From an uncultured bacterium (GTDB taxonomy: Bacteria; UBP4; UBA4092), in NCBI GenBank assembly GCA_964644695.1, contig CAZXWN010000015.1, forward strand, positions 1 to 64,000: a stretch of DNA of 64,000 nucleotides, in the 5' to 3' direction. Within the stretch, counting starts at the first letter, position 1; every line of letters begins with the position of its first letter. The notes under the pieces were generated by a model. That model was not told the origin of the DNA. It did no database searches and was given only the letters and a program-made list of their open reading frames with translations. Made by a program: the position numbers and the translations under genes. Shown piece by piece: positions 8,495 to 18,706 of the stretch.

Positions 8495-10087
8495 GTGAAA
8501 GTATTAATCGCAGATCCGTTATCGGATGAAGGTTTAGCAGTATTAAGAGACGAGCAAGATATAGAATATGATGTAAAAACAAAACGTTCTGAAGAAGAAA
8601 TCCTCAAAGATATCCATGAATATGATGCAGTTATCGTTCGCAGTGAAACTAAAATTACAGCGGCTATCATTGATGCGGGAAAAAACCTGAAAGTTATTGG
8701 TCGGGCAGGGGTTGGTCTGGACAATGTCGATGTACCTGCTGCGACCCGACGCGGTATCATCGTGATGAATGTTCCCGGTGGGAATACTATCTCCACAGCC
8801 GAACATACCATGTCACTTCTTCTTTCCATGAATCGAAATATCCCTCAAGCGTTTAACGCCATGAAAGACCCCAATACAAAAGTTGACCGAAAGAAATTCA
8901 CCGGTGCTGAATTAAACCATAAGAAATTAGGCGTTATTGGGTTGGGCCGAATTGGAATGGAAGTTTCCAAACGAGCAGAAGCTTTCGGAATGGAAATTCT
9001 TGGATATGACCCTTATTGCTCCGCTGAAAAAGCAGAGTCTGCGGGAATCCGTTTATGTAATCTGGAAACAATTTATAAAGAGTCCGATTACATTACCGTG
9101 CACGTTCCCATGACGAAAGAAACCAAGGGCCTGATTGGTGCCAAAGAATTTGCCATGATGAAAAAAGGTGTTCGGGTGGTGAACTGTGCCCGTGGTGGTA
9201 TTTATGAAGAAGGTGCCTTGTTTGATGCACTGAAATCTGGACAGGTAGCCGCCGCCGCTTTCGATGTATTTGAATCAGAACCGCCTTCTCCGAATCATCC
9301 CTTAATGACCTTGAGTAACTTTATTTGCACACCCCATCTTGGTGCTGCAACAGCTGAAGCCCAGGTTCAGGTTGCTGTTGATATGGCACACCAAATCATT
9401 GATGCGTTGAAGGGCCGGATGGTTCGTAATGCCTGTAACATTCCAGCTATGGATCCTGAAGTCCTTACCCGAATTAGCCCCTATCTGTCTTTGGCCGAAA
9501 AGCTGGGTCGTTTTGCTGCCCAGATTGTTGAAGGCCGTGTGGAAGAAATGCACATTCGGTACTGTGGTGATGTGGCAACTTATCATGTTGCGCCCATCTC
9601 TATTGCTGTTTTGAAGGGATTCCTGGAACCGGTTTTACAGGACAGCATCAATTTCGTGAATGCTCCCTATATTGCCAAAGAGCGTGGTATTCGGGTTGTA
9701 GAGTCCAAGTCCAGTGAAACAGAAGATTATGCAACTTTGATCTCCCTCCATGTGAAAGTGAATGGTGTGGAGAGAATCGTTGCTGGTACTTTGTTTGGGA
9801 AGCACGATTGCCGGATTGTACGAATTGATGAGTACCGGCTGGATTGTATTCCCTCTGGTTATATCTTAGTCGTGAAAAATGTAGATGTTCCCGGGATTAT
9901 CGGAAACATTGGCAGTTATCTGGCGAAACAGGAAATTAACATTGCTGGTATGGCTTTGGGCCGGTTGGAAAAGGGTGGCCAGGCACTCACTGCTTTGAAT
10001 ATTGACGAATCGCTGACTAAATCACAGTTAGACGAACTTCGTGGTTATCCCAACATAACAGATGCGCGAGTGGTTGATTTAGACTAG
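8495..10087 (+). CDS. serA: D-3-phosphoglycerate dehydrogenase
   Basis: GRAGVGLDNVD, GLGRIG, NCARGG, TPHLGAAT, plus ASB and C-terminal ACT domains. Confidence 0.96.
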   Translation: MKVLIADPLSDEGLAVLRDEQDIEYDVKTKRSEEEILKDIHEYDAVIVRSETKITAAIIDAGKNLKVIGRAGVGLDNVDVPAATRRGIIVMNVPGGNTISTAEHTMSLLLSMNRNIPQAFNAMKDPNTKVDRKKFTGAELNHKKLGVIGLGRIGMEVSKRAEAFGMEILGYDPYCSAEKAESAGIRLCNLETIYKESDYITVHVPMTKETKGLIGAKEFAMMKKGVRVVNCARGGIYEEGALFDALKSGQVAAAAFDVFESEPPSPNHPLMTLSNFICTPHLGAATAEAQVQVAVDMAHQIIDALKGRMVRNACNIPAMDPEVLTRISPYLSLAEKLGRFAAQIVEGRVEEMHIRYCGDVATYHVAPISIAVLKGFLEPVLQDSINFVNAPYIAKERGIRVVESKSSETEDYATLISLHVKVNGVERIVAGTLFGKHDCRIVRIDEYRLDCIPSGYILVVKNVDVPGIIGNIGSYLAKQEINIAGMALGRLEKGGQALTALNIDESLTKSQLDELRGYPNITDARVVDLD

Positions 10088-10110
10088 ACAGTAATAAACT
10101 AAATATCTTA

Positions 10111-10142
10111 AAGGCGGGGTTTTTGTAACCCTGCCTTTTTTT
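10111..10142 (+). terminator. Intrinsic terminator
   Basis: AAGGCGGGGTT...AACCCTGCCTT followed by a T-run. Confidence 0.75.
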
Positions 10143-10198
10143 ATGGTATAAGTTTAACGACAGAAAGAATTGGTCGAACAAATTGGTGATGGGATGAA

Positions 10199-11026
10199 AT
10201 GATGAAAAATGTATGTTTATTTTGTTTGTTAATGTTGATGTCCATAACGGTATCGTCTAAAGAATATTCTGTTGTGGATATTTTAGGAGATAGTATTTCT
10301 CATGGTGTGAATCCCCAAGTGGGTGATAATTCAGGTTGGGTTCAAATGATGTATGGAACTTATGATGCCCAAAGTACTATCTATCAGATTTGGCCATCAA
10401 TTACTGCATATAATTCTGCTGTATCCGGGTCAAAATCTTCTGACTGGGTGAGTCCCAGTTATTCCCCCATGAGTACTCTTTTATCTCATAGGCCTGACTT
10501 GGTGGTGGTTTTTATCGGAGGTAATGATATCTTAGCCTATGCGGCAGACAGCGAATTTTCATTATCTGAGAAATCGACTTACCGCCAGAACCTGGGGATG
10601 ATTATTGATCGGTTACGGTCAAATACTCCACAGCCCGATATCCTGCTTGTAAATTACTATGACTTGTTTGATGGATATAGTTCTAATCTCCCTTCCAATG
10701 TGGGGCAGTACCGGGTATTGTCGCAGGCAGCTATTGATGGAAATCAAATAATCAATGATGTGGCATCAGAAAAAGGATGTGCCCTGGTTGACAGGGTATA
10801 TAGTTCCTTTATGCATCATTGTTATGGTGGTTCTTTAGGGGATACATCTCATCTGAGTCCTGATTATGTGAGGACTCCCTTAGCTAATTTTGATATTCAT
10901 CCAAATACCGAAGGCCACAAGGCTATATGTCGTATTATTTTTGAATATCTGCGGCAAATGAAGCTGGAGGGAAATACTGGTATCCAGAATCATATTAGTA
11001 CTTTTTTTGACTGTTTACTTCCATAA
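10199..11026 (+). CDS. Secreted SGNH/GDSL hydrolase
   Basis: Signal peptide; GDSIS, AVSGS, IGGND and DIHPN blocks. Confidence 0.88.
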   Translation: MMKNVCLFCLLMLMSITVSSKEYSVVDILGDSISHGVNPQVGDNSGWVQMMYGTYDAQSTIYQIWPSITAYNSAVSGSKSSDWVSPSYSPMSTLLSHRPDLVVVFIGGNDILAYAADSEFSLSEKSTYRQNLGMIIDRLRSNTPQPDILLVNYYDLFDGYSSNLPSNVGQYRVLSQAAIDGNQIINDVASEKGCALVDRVYSSFMHHCYGGSLGDTSHLSPDYVRTPLANFDIHPNTEGHKAICRIIFEYLRQMKLEGNTGIQNHISTFFDCLLP

Positions 11027-11298
11027 CGATTGAATGGCAATGGCTCCTTATTTAGACTATAAAAAAGGTTCATCAGATTTTAGATTAGTGTGTATCTTGA
11101 TTTATTAATCTGAATTCCAACGCAGTATTGTTTATCTATCTTCAATGAAATCAATTATTAATATTGCAAGTAGGGAAATATGTCTAGGAAAGAAAGAGTA
11201 TCTTTGATAAAATGAGAACTAAAAGTGCATAGTTTGCTCCGAAGAAATACGGGGCTTTTCTTTTGTACGGTGTCAGAAAGAGCTAAGAGGTCAACAAA

Positions 11299-12573
11299 GT
11301 GCCTGGAATCGTATGTATCGGTGTTCAATGGGGAGATGAAGGTAAGGGGAAAATCGTTGATATCTTAAGTGAGCGAGCTGACTTAGTAGTTCGTTATGCC
11401 GGCGGCAATAATGCTGGGCACACTGTTATTGTTGAGGGTAAAACTTATATTCTGCATCTTATCCCATCAGGAATTATTCGTGAAGGTAAACGCTGTCTGT
11501 TAGGTAATGGTGTTGTGTTGGATCCTATCTCCTTGTTTGAAGAAATAGAGACTCTGAAAAAACAGGGTATAGAAGTTGGTTCCAATCTGATGATTGCCCA
11601 GAATGCGCATCTCATTATGCCGTATCATCGTTTATTAGACGGGCTTCGGGAATCAGGAAATAGCCACAGAAAAATTGGTACAACCAAACGCGGCATTGGT
11701 CCCTGCTACATGGATAAGGCGGGTCGTGTGGGAATTCGACTGATTGATTTGATGGATGAAGCCTGGTTCAAAGAATTAGTCCGGATGAATCTGGAAGAAA
11801 AGAATGTTCTTCTGACTCAGGTATATGGTGAGAAGGCTTTAGAACTAAATGAAATTCTAGACCAGTATCTTCCACTGGCTGATAAATTACGGAAGTTTAT
11901 TGTTCCGGGTGAAAAGATTGTGAATGAATCTTTAGACCGGAAGGAATATGTTTTATTTGAGGGTGCCCAGGGAGCCTTATTGGATGTTGATTTTGGGACA
12001 TATCCTTATGTGACTTCATCAAATTCTGGAGTGACTGGTGTTTGTTCTGGATCCGGAGTGCCCCCGACAAAAATCACACAGATTTATGGTGTTGTAAAAG
12101 CTTATTGTACTCGGGTGGGTGAAGGTCCTTTCCCGACAGAATTACCTCCTGATGAAAATCAGATTATGCGAAATCGTGGCGATGAATATGGAGCGACCAC
12201 AGGTCGCCCTCGGCGTTGCGGATGGTTTGATTCTGTTGCCTCAAAATATACCTGCAGGGTAAATGGTGTCACTGATTTGGTGATGACCAAACTGGATATC
12301 CTGGATGAATGTCCAACAATTAATGTATGTGTTGGATATGAGCACAAGGGTGAAATATTAACTGACTTCCCATCTCGTGCGGATGTGCTGTGGGAATGTA
12401 AACCTGTTTATGAAGAACTTCCCGGATGGATGACTTCTACTGCTAAAGTTAGAAAACTCTCTGATATGCCGGATAATGCTAAAAAGTATCTTGATCGAAT
12501 TTCTGAATTATGTGGTGCTCCTGTCAGTTGGGTCTCTGTGGGTCCTCAACGTGACCAGACAATTATGGAATAA
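11299..12573 (+). CDS. purA: Adenylosuccinate synthetase
   Basis: QWGDEGKGK, GGNNAGHT, EGAQG, GATTGRPRRCGWFD, TKLD. Confidence 0.98.
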   Translation: MPGIVCIGVQWGDEGKGKIVDILSERADLVVRYAGGNNAGHTVIVEGKTYILHLIPSGIIREGKRCLLGNGVVLDPISLFEEIETLKKQGIEVGSNLMIAQNAHLIMPYHRLLDGLRESGNSHRKIGTTKRGIGPCYMDKAGRVGIRLIDLMDEAWFKELVRMNLEEKNVLLTQVYGEKALELNEILDQYLPLADKLRKFIVPGEKIVNESLDRKEYVLFEGAQGALLDVDFGTYPYVTSSNSGVTGVCSGSGVPPTKITQIYGVVKAYCTRVGEGPFPTELPPDENQIMRNRGDEYGATTGRPRRCGWFDSVASKYTCRVNGVTDLVMTKLDILDECPTINVCVGYEHKGEILTDFPSRADVLWECKPVYEELPGWMTSTAKVRKLSDMPDNAKKYLDRISELCGAPVSWVSVGPQRDQTIME

Positions 12574-12595
12574 GTTGTCAGTGTAGGAAAATTCA

Positions 12596-12625
12596 TTGAC
12601 GCTATAAATAAAAATCAGTTATAAT
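12596..12625 (+). promoter_or_regulatory. Sigma70-type promoter of the tRNA pair
   Basis: TTGACG-18nt-TATAAT. Confidence 0.6.
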
Positions 12626-12707
12626 TTTTATCTAAGCGGTTGTTAAAGAGGGTGATTAAAAACACACCTCAAAACCTGTCTCCAGACAGGTTAGCTGGAA
12701 GAGTCGT

Positions 12708-12783
12708 GGGCCGTTAGCTCAGTTGGTAGAGCATCTCCCTTTTAAGGAGAGGGTCGTTGGTTCGAGACCAACACGGCTCACCA
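12708..12783 (+). tRNA. tRNA-Lys(UUU)
   Basis: Cloverleaf: acceptor GGGCCGT/ACGGCTC, anticodon arm TCTCC-CTTTTAA-GGAGA, TTCGA loop, encoded CCA. Confidence 0.97.
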
Positions 12784-12842
12784 TCTTTACCACCGCTAAA
12801 GTGATTTGGATGCGAATATCGTGTCCGGGTAGTGTGGTTCAG

Positions 12843-12918
12843 GTCCCCATCGTCTAGAGGCCTAGGACACGGCCCTTTCAAGGCTGTAACAGGGGTTCGA
12901 ATCCCCTTGGGGACGCCA
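12843..12918 (+). tRNA. tRNA-Glu(UUC)
   Basis: Acceptor GTCCCCA/TGGGGAC, anticodon arm CGGCC-CTTTCAA-GGCTG, GTTCGAATC, encoded CCA. Confidence 0.97.
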
Positions 12919-13039
12919 TTTTATGGTGATGACCAACCACACTCGAAACAATCCAGTAATTTAATCTCAGTTCACACACACTCTGATCTAAAAAATCCAA
13001 ATTTTAGATACACTTTCTTGAGGAGGAAGGAATATAACA

Positions 13040-14149
13040 ATGGAAGTACAATTTTACGGCCATGTAAGACAATACCTCGCACATAAGGAAGAGTTTGATA
13101 AAGCCATTCAAGATGTTTTGATGGGCGGCGTCTATACTCTCGGTCCACAGAAAGCCAAACTTGAAGAAGAATTGGCTGCCTATGTTGGCAAAAAATATTG
13201 TGTTGCCTTAAATTCCGGTACAGATGCTCTTTGGTTTGCTTTACTGGGTTGGGGCATTGGCAAAGGCGATGAAGTTATCACCGCTGCCAACTCCTTCTTC
13301 GCTTCCGCTGAAGCCGTCTGGCTTACGGGTGCAACCCCAGTATTCTGCGATGTACGTCCTGACACTAACAATATTGATGTCACTAAAATCGAAGCTTTAA
13401 TCACCAAGAAAACCAAAGCAATCATTCCTGTGCACCTTTATGGTCAGCCCGCCGAAATGCGGAAAGTCAAAGAAATCGCTGATAAATATGGTTTGAAGGT
13501 TTTAGAAGATTGTGCCCAGGCTTTTGGTGCCAAAGGTGACAATTTCAAACTGGCTGAATTATCTGATGCATTAGCCACTTCTTTTATTACTGCCAAGAAT
13601 CTCGGTTGTTGGGGTGATGGTGGTGCAGTCTTTACTGATGATGAAAATCTCTACAAATACATCAAAAAGATTCATAATCATGGTTCTGAAAAACGGTCTC
13701 ACCACTCTGTCGGCTACAACAGCCGTCTTGATGAAATCCATGCTGCCGTTTTGCGCATCAAACTGAAATACATTGATCAATATAATGATCTTCGTATTGC
13801 TCGTGCTGCTGAATATACTGAACAACTTAAAGGTACTAAACTTCAGTTACCAGTGGCTCTTCCTGGATATCGACACATTTTCCATCTGTATGTTGTCCAG
13901 ACTCCGAAACGTGATGACCTTCAGGCTTTCTTAAAGTCCAAAGGCATCATTGCGTTAACCAATTACCCAATCTGCATTCATCAGCAGTCTGAATATCCAT
14001 TTGGTTCTGATTCTGATCCAAAACCAGTCGTTCCAAATTGTGAAAAGAATGCCGCTGAATGTCTCTCCCTGCCAATCAATCCAGAAATTACTTCTGAAGA
14101 AGTAAAATATGTCTGTGATTGCGTCAAGGAATGGGATGCCAAGAACTAA
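13040..14149 (+). CDS. DegT/DnrJ/EryC1/StrS family sugar aminotransferase
   Basis: NSGTDAL, PVHLYGQ, EDCAQA, SF..AKNLGCWGDGG, GYNSRLDE. Confidence 0.93.
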   Translation: MEVQFYGHVRQYLAHKEEFDKAIQDVLMGGVYTLGPQKAKLEEELAAYVGKKYCVALNSGTDALWFALLGWGIGKGDEVITAANSFFASAEAVWLTGATPVFCDVRPDTNNIDVTKIEALITKKTKAIIPVHLYGQPAEMRKVKEIADKYGLKVLEDCAQAFGAKGDNFKLAELSDALATSFITAKNLGCWGDGGAVFTDDENLYKYIKKIHNHGSEKRSHHSVGYNSRLDEIHAAVLRIKLKYIDQYNDLRIARAAEYTEQLKGTKLQLPVALPGYRHIFHLYVVQTPKRDDLQAFLKSKGIIALTNYPICIHQQSEYPFGSDSDPKPVVPNCEKNAAECLSLPINPEITSEEVKYVCDCVKEWDAKN

Positions 14150-14241
14150 GTTACAATTGACAAACTAAATGAACTTGATGGACCCGGACAGGTTGAGTGT
14201 TACCTGTCCGGGCCTTATTCTAAGAAAGGCAGAACACGATA

Positions 14242-15315
14242 ATGAGTGGAAAAGTTTACAAGGTAGCAATTGCCGGATGTGGCAAACGTGGCAAACTATA
14301 TGCCGATCAGTTTTTCAAAAATCCAAAATTTCAGGTAGTAGGTCTGACTGATCCTTTCAAGGATGCTGCTGTATCTGCTTCTCAAATGTGTGGTGATGCT
14401 CCAGTCTTTGATGATGCTGAATCCATGTTAAAAACTACTAATGCCGATGTTTTCAGTTTTTGTACTCCCCCATCTGTCCGGACTTCTTTGATTCAATTAG
14501 GTGTGGACAATGGTGTAAAGCTGATTGCATATGAAAAACCTATGGCTGACAGCATGAATGAAGCAATTAAAATTCGTGAAATTGTGAACAAAGCGGGTGT
14601 TAAAACTGTTCAAAGTCATCAGCGGAAATATAACGTTCAATTCCAAAAAGCCAAAGAAGTGATTGATTCTGGTGCTTGTGGTCGAATCCATACTGTCTAT
14701 GCACAATGTGGTGGTTGGTTCATGCATATGGCAACACACTTGGCTGATTATATGCGGTTTATGATTAATGAGGCGGATGCTGAATGGGTAATTGGTCAGG
14801 TTCATGGTCGTGAAAAGCTTACCGACAATCATCCATCACCGGATTATGCAATGGCCTTAGTCCAGTTTAAGGGTGGTATCAGAGGAATTATGGAGACTGG
14901 TTATTTATGTCCTGATTTCCCAGAGGTTGATTATTGGTGGCGAAAAGTTCGTATCGGTGTTCAAGGCACGGAAGGATTTGCGGAAGCATTTGTTGGTGGT
15001 GGATGGCGTTCCTGTACCAAGAGCCGTGGTTATGAGGGTTCAGATGAAGGAACTTGGGATGGTGATCATGAACAAGCTCCTTACATCAACGATATTGCAC
15101 GATGGTTGGATGGTGAGATTGAGAGTCATCCTTGTAATGGTGAAAGCGGATATAAGGATGTGGAAATTGCCATGGCCATGTTGCGTTCAGCAGCTTTCCG
15201 GAAGAAAATTGATCTTCCGTTGGGCCCAATTGATAAGGCTGAGCTACAACTTATGAACGAGATTATTCCAAATGAGGTTCCAGAAAAATCTGTTTGGGAT
15301 TTCTTAAAGAAATAA
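14242..15315 (+). CDS. Gfo/Idh/MocA family oxidoreductase
   Basis: N-terminal Rossmann motif IAGCGKRG and EKPM; adjacent to the sugar aminotransferase. Confidence 0.88.
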   Translation: MSGKVYKVAIAGCGKRGKLYADQFFKNPKFQVVGLTDPFKDAAVSASQMCGDAPVFDDAESMLKTTNADVFSFCTPPSVRTSLIQLGVDNGVKLIAYEKPMADSMNEAIKIREIVNKAGVKTVQSHQRKYNVQFQKAKEVIDSGACGRIHTVYAQCGGWFMHMATHLADYMRFMINEADAEWVIGQVHGREKLTDNHPSPDYAMALVQFKGGIRGIMETGYLCPDFPEVDYWWRKVRIGVQGTEGFAEAFVGGGWRSCTKSRGYEGSDEGTWDGDHEQAPYINDIARWLDGEIESHPCNGESGYKDVEIAMAMLRSAAFRKKIDLPLGPIDKAELQLMNEIIPNEVPEKSVWDFLKK

Positions 15316-15339
15316 CTAAAATTTTATTTATTATTCAAG

Positions 15340-15370
15340 GGAGCAACTTCATTGAGGTTGCTCCTTTTTT
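15340..15370 (+). terminator. Intrinsic terminator
   Basis: GGAGCAACTTC-ATT-GAGGTTGCTCC followed by TTTTTT. Confidence 0.8.
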
Positions 15371-15544
15371 ATTATTTAACTGGCTATAGGAAGATAGTTG
15401 TTGACTGTGTCTACATATAGGACACTTTTGTGGACACTCCTTTATCGTTAGTCAGGTGAAAATAAATAATATGAAATATAGTTGTGTTAATTTTATTGGC
15501 ATGCATATACTTTTCATATGTTTATTTTATTGAAGGAGTTGTTC

Positions 15545-17026
15545 ATGATTGAAAGGAAAATGTACAGAACAGATTTTATCCTTATTTTATTTATTATGTT
15601 TCCAGCTTTATTATTTGGGGCAAATAAAAAACTGGACAGTGTTTTCATTGCAATGAATCAATCACGGACTTCCTGGAGTCAGCACCATTGGGATGTTGAA
15701 TTTGAAAATTTGCGGTCTATAGGGATTAACACAGTTATTATTAATGCCGCCTGTACTGCAACAACTGCAATGTATCCGGGATGTAGTCTTGAAGGTGCGC
15801 TCATGTCAGGTAATGCTCTGGATAAAGTATTTCAGTCTGCAGATTCAACTGAAATGAAGGTTGTTTTAGGTTTGTATTATGACAGTGATTGGTGGACTAA
15901 AATGGCAGATACAACATACCTGCATCAATTATATGAGAAAAATACAGCTGTGTTTAATGATCTATGGTCTCGGTATAGTTCCAGCTCTAGTTTGATGGGA
16001 TGGTATATAGTACAGGAAATTGATAATAATATGTTTAAGTGGGAAGTTAATCGGGTGAAATTTGTCGATACATTTTTGCGACCGCTGACGCAAGATATAC
16101 ATTCAAAGACACCAGGTTTTATCATTTGTACTGCTCCTTATTTTTATCCCGCGGGTGCTTCTGCTAGAGATTATGGTGACTGGTGGATCAAGACTTTTAC
16201 AGATGTGCCAGATTTAAATTTATTGATTCCCCAGGATGGAATTGGAGCCGGTGGTTATTCTTTCAGTTTTGTAACATCATATTTTAATGAATTAAAAAGA
16301 GCATGTGATTCTACTGGACGCATAATGTGGTCAGACTTAGAAATATTTGATAATACAACAACATGGGTCTCAGCAAGTATTAGCAGAGTTACAACACAAC
16401 TGAAAATTGAAAATCCGTACGTTTTAGCATTTACCTGTTGGGAATATTCTTATTATATGAGCCCCTTAGAAGGATCTCTTCAAGAAAAATTGTATTCAGA
16501 TTATCTTCAATACTTATACGGAATTTCATCTGGATATAGAAACATTGCAAAGGGAAAGAATTATTCTCTTATCCCAACCCCTTCAATAACTTATTCGGAT
16601 AATGGCAATAAATTAACAGATGGGACGTCCTTTTTTAATTATCAGATTAACATTGGATGGTCCTCATCTACGGTTAATCCTGTAATTATTTTGGACCTAG
16701 GGGAAGTGAAAGATGATATTTTTGAAATCAGAGGGAATTCCATGCGATCGGATTCAGCTTCAGTAGATACTATCAAATTCATTGAATTGTCTATATCTAA
16801 TAACGGTTTAGATTATGTATATTGGGGACAAATGAATGCTATTGATACTAACGATCAATCCCTTAATATATTCCAATGGAAAGGTGATTCTATATCAACA
16901 CGATATATAAAAATGCTAATAAAAAGGTCTAGTAACCGCTGGGTGTTTATAAATGAAATTATTGTTAATCAGTATAATTCTTTAACTTGTTTGAGGGATT
17001 GGGATGATTATGTCTATCATGAATGA
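15545..17026 (+). CDS. DUF4434-type glycoside-hydrolase-like protein with C-terminal discoidin/F5-8-like domain
   Basis: Signal peptide; W..EF..LRSIGINTVII, GWYIVQEID, PQDGIG, WSDLEIF; C-terminal LTDG...IILDLG...RYIK...WVFINEI. Confidence 0.75.
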   Translation: MIERKMYRTDFILILFIMFPALLFGANKKLDSVFIAMNQSRTSWSQHHWDVEFENLRSIGINTVIINAACTATTAMYPGCSLEGALMSGNALDKVFQSADSTEMKVVLGLYYDSDWWTKMADTTYLHQLYEKNTAVFNDLWSRYSSSSSLMGWYIVQEIDNNMFKWEVNRVKFVDTFLRPLTQDIHSKTPGFIICTAPYFYPAGASARDYGDWWIKTFTDVPDLNLLIPQDGIGAGGYSFSFVTSYFNELKRACDSTGRIMWSDLEIFDNTTTWVSASISRVTTQLKIENPYVLAFTCWEYSYYMSPLEGSLQEKLYSDYLQYLYGISSGYRNIAKGKNYSLIPTPSITYSDNGNKLTDGTSFFNYQINIGWSSSTVNPVIILDLGEVKDDIFEIRGNSMRSDSASVDTIKFIELSISNNGLDYVYWGQMNAIDTNDQSLNIFQWKGDSISTRYIKMLIKRSSNRWVFINEIIVNQYNSLTCLRDWDDYVYHE

Positions 17027-17334
17027 TAGAAGCTATTCTTTCACCCCAAGTTTTTTTAGAAGAGTAATCACAGGACACCAGTTCGTAAAAGCGGATTGAA
17101 TTAAGTTTAACGCGATAAAAAAAGTAAAAAAAGCCAATGAGGATTAATAAAATAATACAGCCCTAAAATGATAAGGATAAAACTTCCGGAAATCAATCAT
17201 AACCAAGCATGCAAACTCATAGAAATGTCTCCTTTTTTACATTATATTAAGAAAAGGTTATTTTGTTGAAGTAGTATTTGGAACTATTACATAAAATAGA
17301 CAGTTATATCATCTTGATATTAAAGGAGCTAAGT

Positions 17335-18675
17335 ATGGGAAAGTCGAAGATGCCTGCATTGTTTCTATTAATGTGTTTATTATATAGTTCAGTTTTTTCT
17401 CTTGAGTTATTGTCATTACAGGAATCAATTAGAAAAGCAATTGATAATAATCCATCTTTATCTGCGATGTCAGCGCAAGTGTTGCAATCTGAAGCCGGTA
17501 TTGGAATCGCGCGAAGTCAATACTTTCCCAAATTGAATTTTACTCAGACTTTTCAGCGAACCAATAATCCTCCGCAGTCTTTTTTCTTTAAGTTAAATCA
17601 GCGTGATTTAAATATGATGACTATGGATTTCAATAATCCAGGAATTAGTACTGATTTTGAGTCGAAGTTGCAGGTTGTACAGCCTGTTTACTCTGGAGGT
17701 TTGATTCATGCAGGCTATAAAATGTCAAAAAAGGAATTTGAAGTCAATAAAATTAAATGGCGAAAAGCATTGGAAGATGTTTCTTATCAAACTAGCCGCA
17801 ATTGGTATCAGTTAATTATTGCTAAGCAGGCGGAAAATGTTGCGCGTAAGGCGTATAAGGATGCCCAAGAGCATGTCCGTATAACTCAGGCAAATTATGA
17901 TGACGGGCGTGGTATGAAATCTGACATGTTGCGAGCTAAAGTATTGTTGAGCCAAATGGAACAAAACTACATTCAATCTGAGACTCAGGTGGAATTGGCT
18001 CGACAAATATTTAATACAATTTTGGGTTCAAAAGAAATCAAGTGGGATGCAGAGGGTAAATTAGCTTTTTCATCTTTTTCAGCAGATCGGGAACAACTTA
18101 TCAATTATGCATTAACTAATAGATCCGAGGTGCTAGAAATGCATTTACTTCAAGACCAAGCACATTTAAAAAAAGTAATGGTTCAATCAGATTTTATGCC
18201 ATCAATTTCTTTGATTGGGCAGATTCAGCTGAATTCCTCAGATCTTCCATTTAAAAATGATGCGAATAGTTGGTTTGGAGCTTTGGTTTTTTCTTTTCCA
18301 GTATTCGATGGATTTGCTCGAAATTATAAATTATCCCAATCAAATGCGGGTATTACAGCAATAAATGAATCGCTAAATGATATGGTGAATAAGATTCAAT
18401 TAGATGTGAATAGAGCTTATCTGGAATTGAGATCTGCAGAAAATCGTATTAAGCTGACACAAAATAGTGAAGAACAAGCCGAAGAATCTTTGCGACTTAC
18501 AGAACTTCGATATCAAAATGGTTTGGCAACAATCACAGATGTCATGGACATGCAGACTTCTTTAAACCAAACGCGGCTACTGGCATTACAAGCACTGGCA
18601 GATTACAATCTGTCAATAATTGGGCTGAACTACTCAACAGGAAAGATGCTTAGCTATTATGACATTCAATTTTAG
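17335..18675 (+). CDS. TolC family outer membrane efflux protein
   Basis: Signal peptide, A..NNP.L, two TolC repeats, RYQNGLATITDV; first gene of the RND operon. Confidence 0.9.
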   Translation: MGKSKMPALFLLMCLLYSSVFSLELLSLQESIRKAIDNNPSLSAMSAQVLQSEAGIGIARSQYFPKLNFTQTFQRTNNPPQSFFFKLNQRDLNMMTMDFNNPGISTDFESKLQVVQPVYSGGLIHAGYKMSKKEFEVNKIKWRKALEDVSYQTSRNWYQLIIAKQAENVARKAYKDAQEHVRITQANYDDGRGMKSDMLRAKVLLSQMEQNYIQSETQVELARQIFNTILGSKEIKWDAEGKLAFSSFSADREQLINYALTNRSEVLEMHLLQDQAHLKKVMVQSDFMPSISLIGQIQLNSSDLPFKNDANSWFGALVFSFPVFDGFARNYKLSQSNAGITAINESLNDMVNKIQLDVNRAYLELRSAENRIKLTQNSEEQAEESLRLTELRYQNGLATITDVMDMQTSLNQTRLLALQALADYNLSIIGLNYSTGKMLSYYDIQF

Positions 18676-18706
18676 ATGAATTAGAAAATGGTGAGGTAAT
18701 CGGAAT

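Noticed and set aside
12832-13086. 84-aa ORF
   Set aside because: Overlaps tRNA-Glu and the start of the aminotransferase; spurious.
15496-15512. Possible sigma54 promoter (TTGGCATG...)
   Set aside because: No GC at the -12 position.
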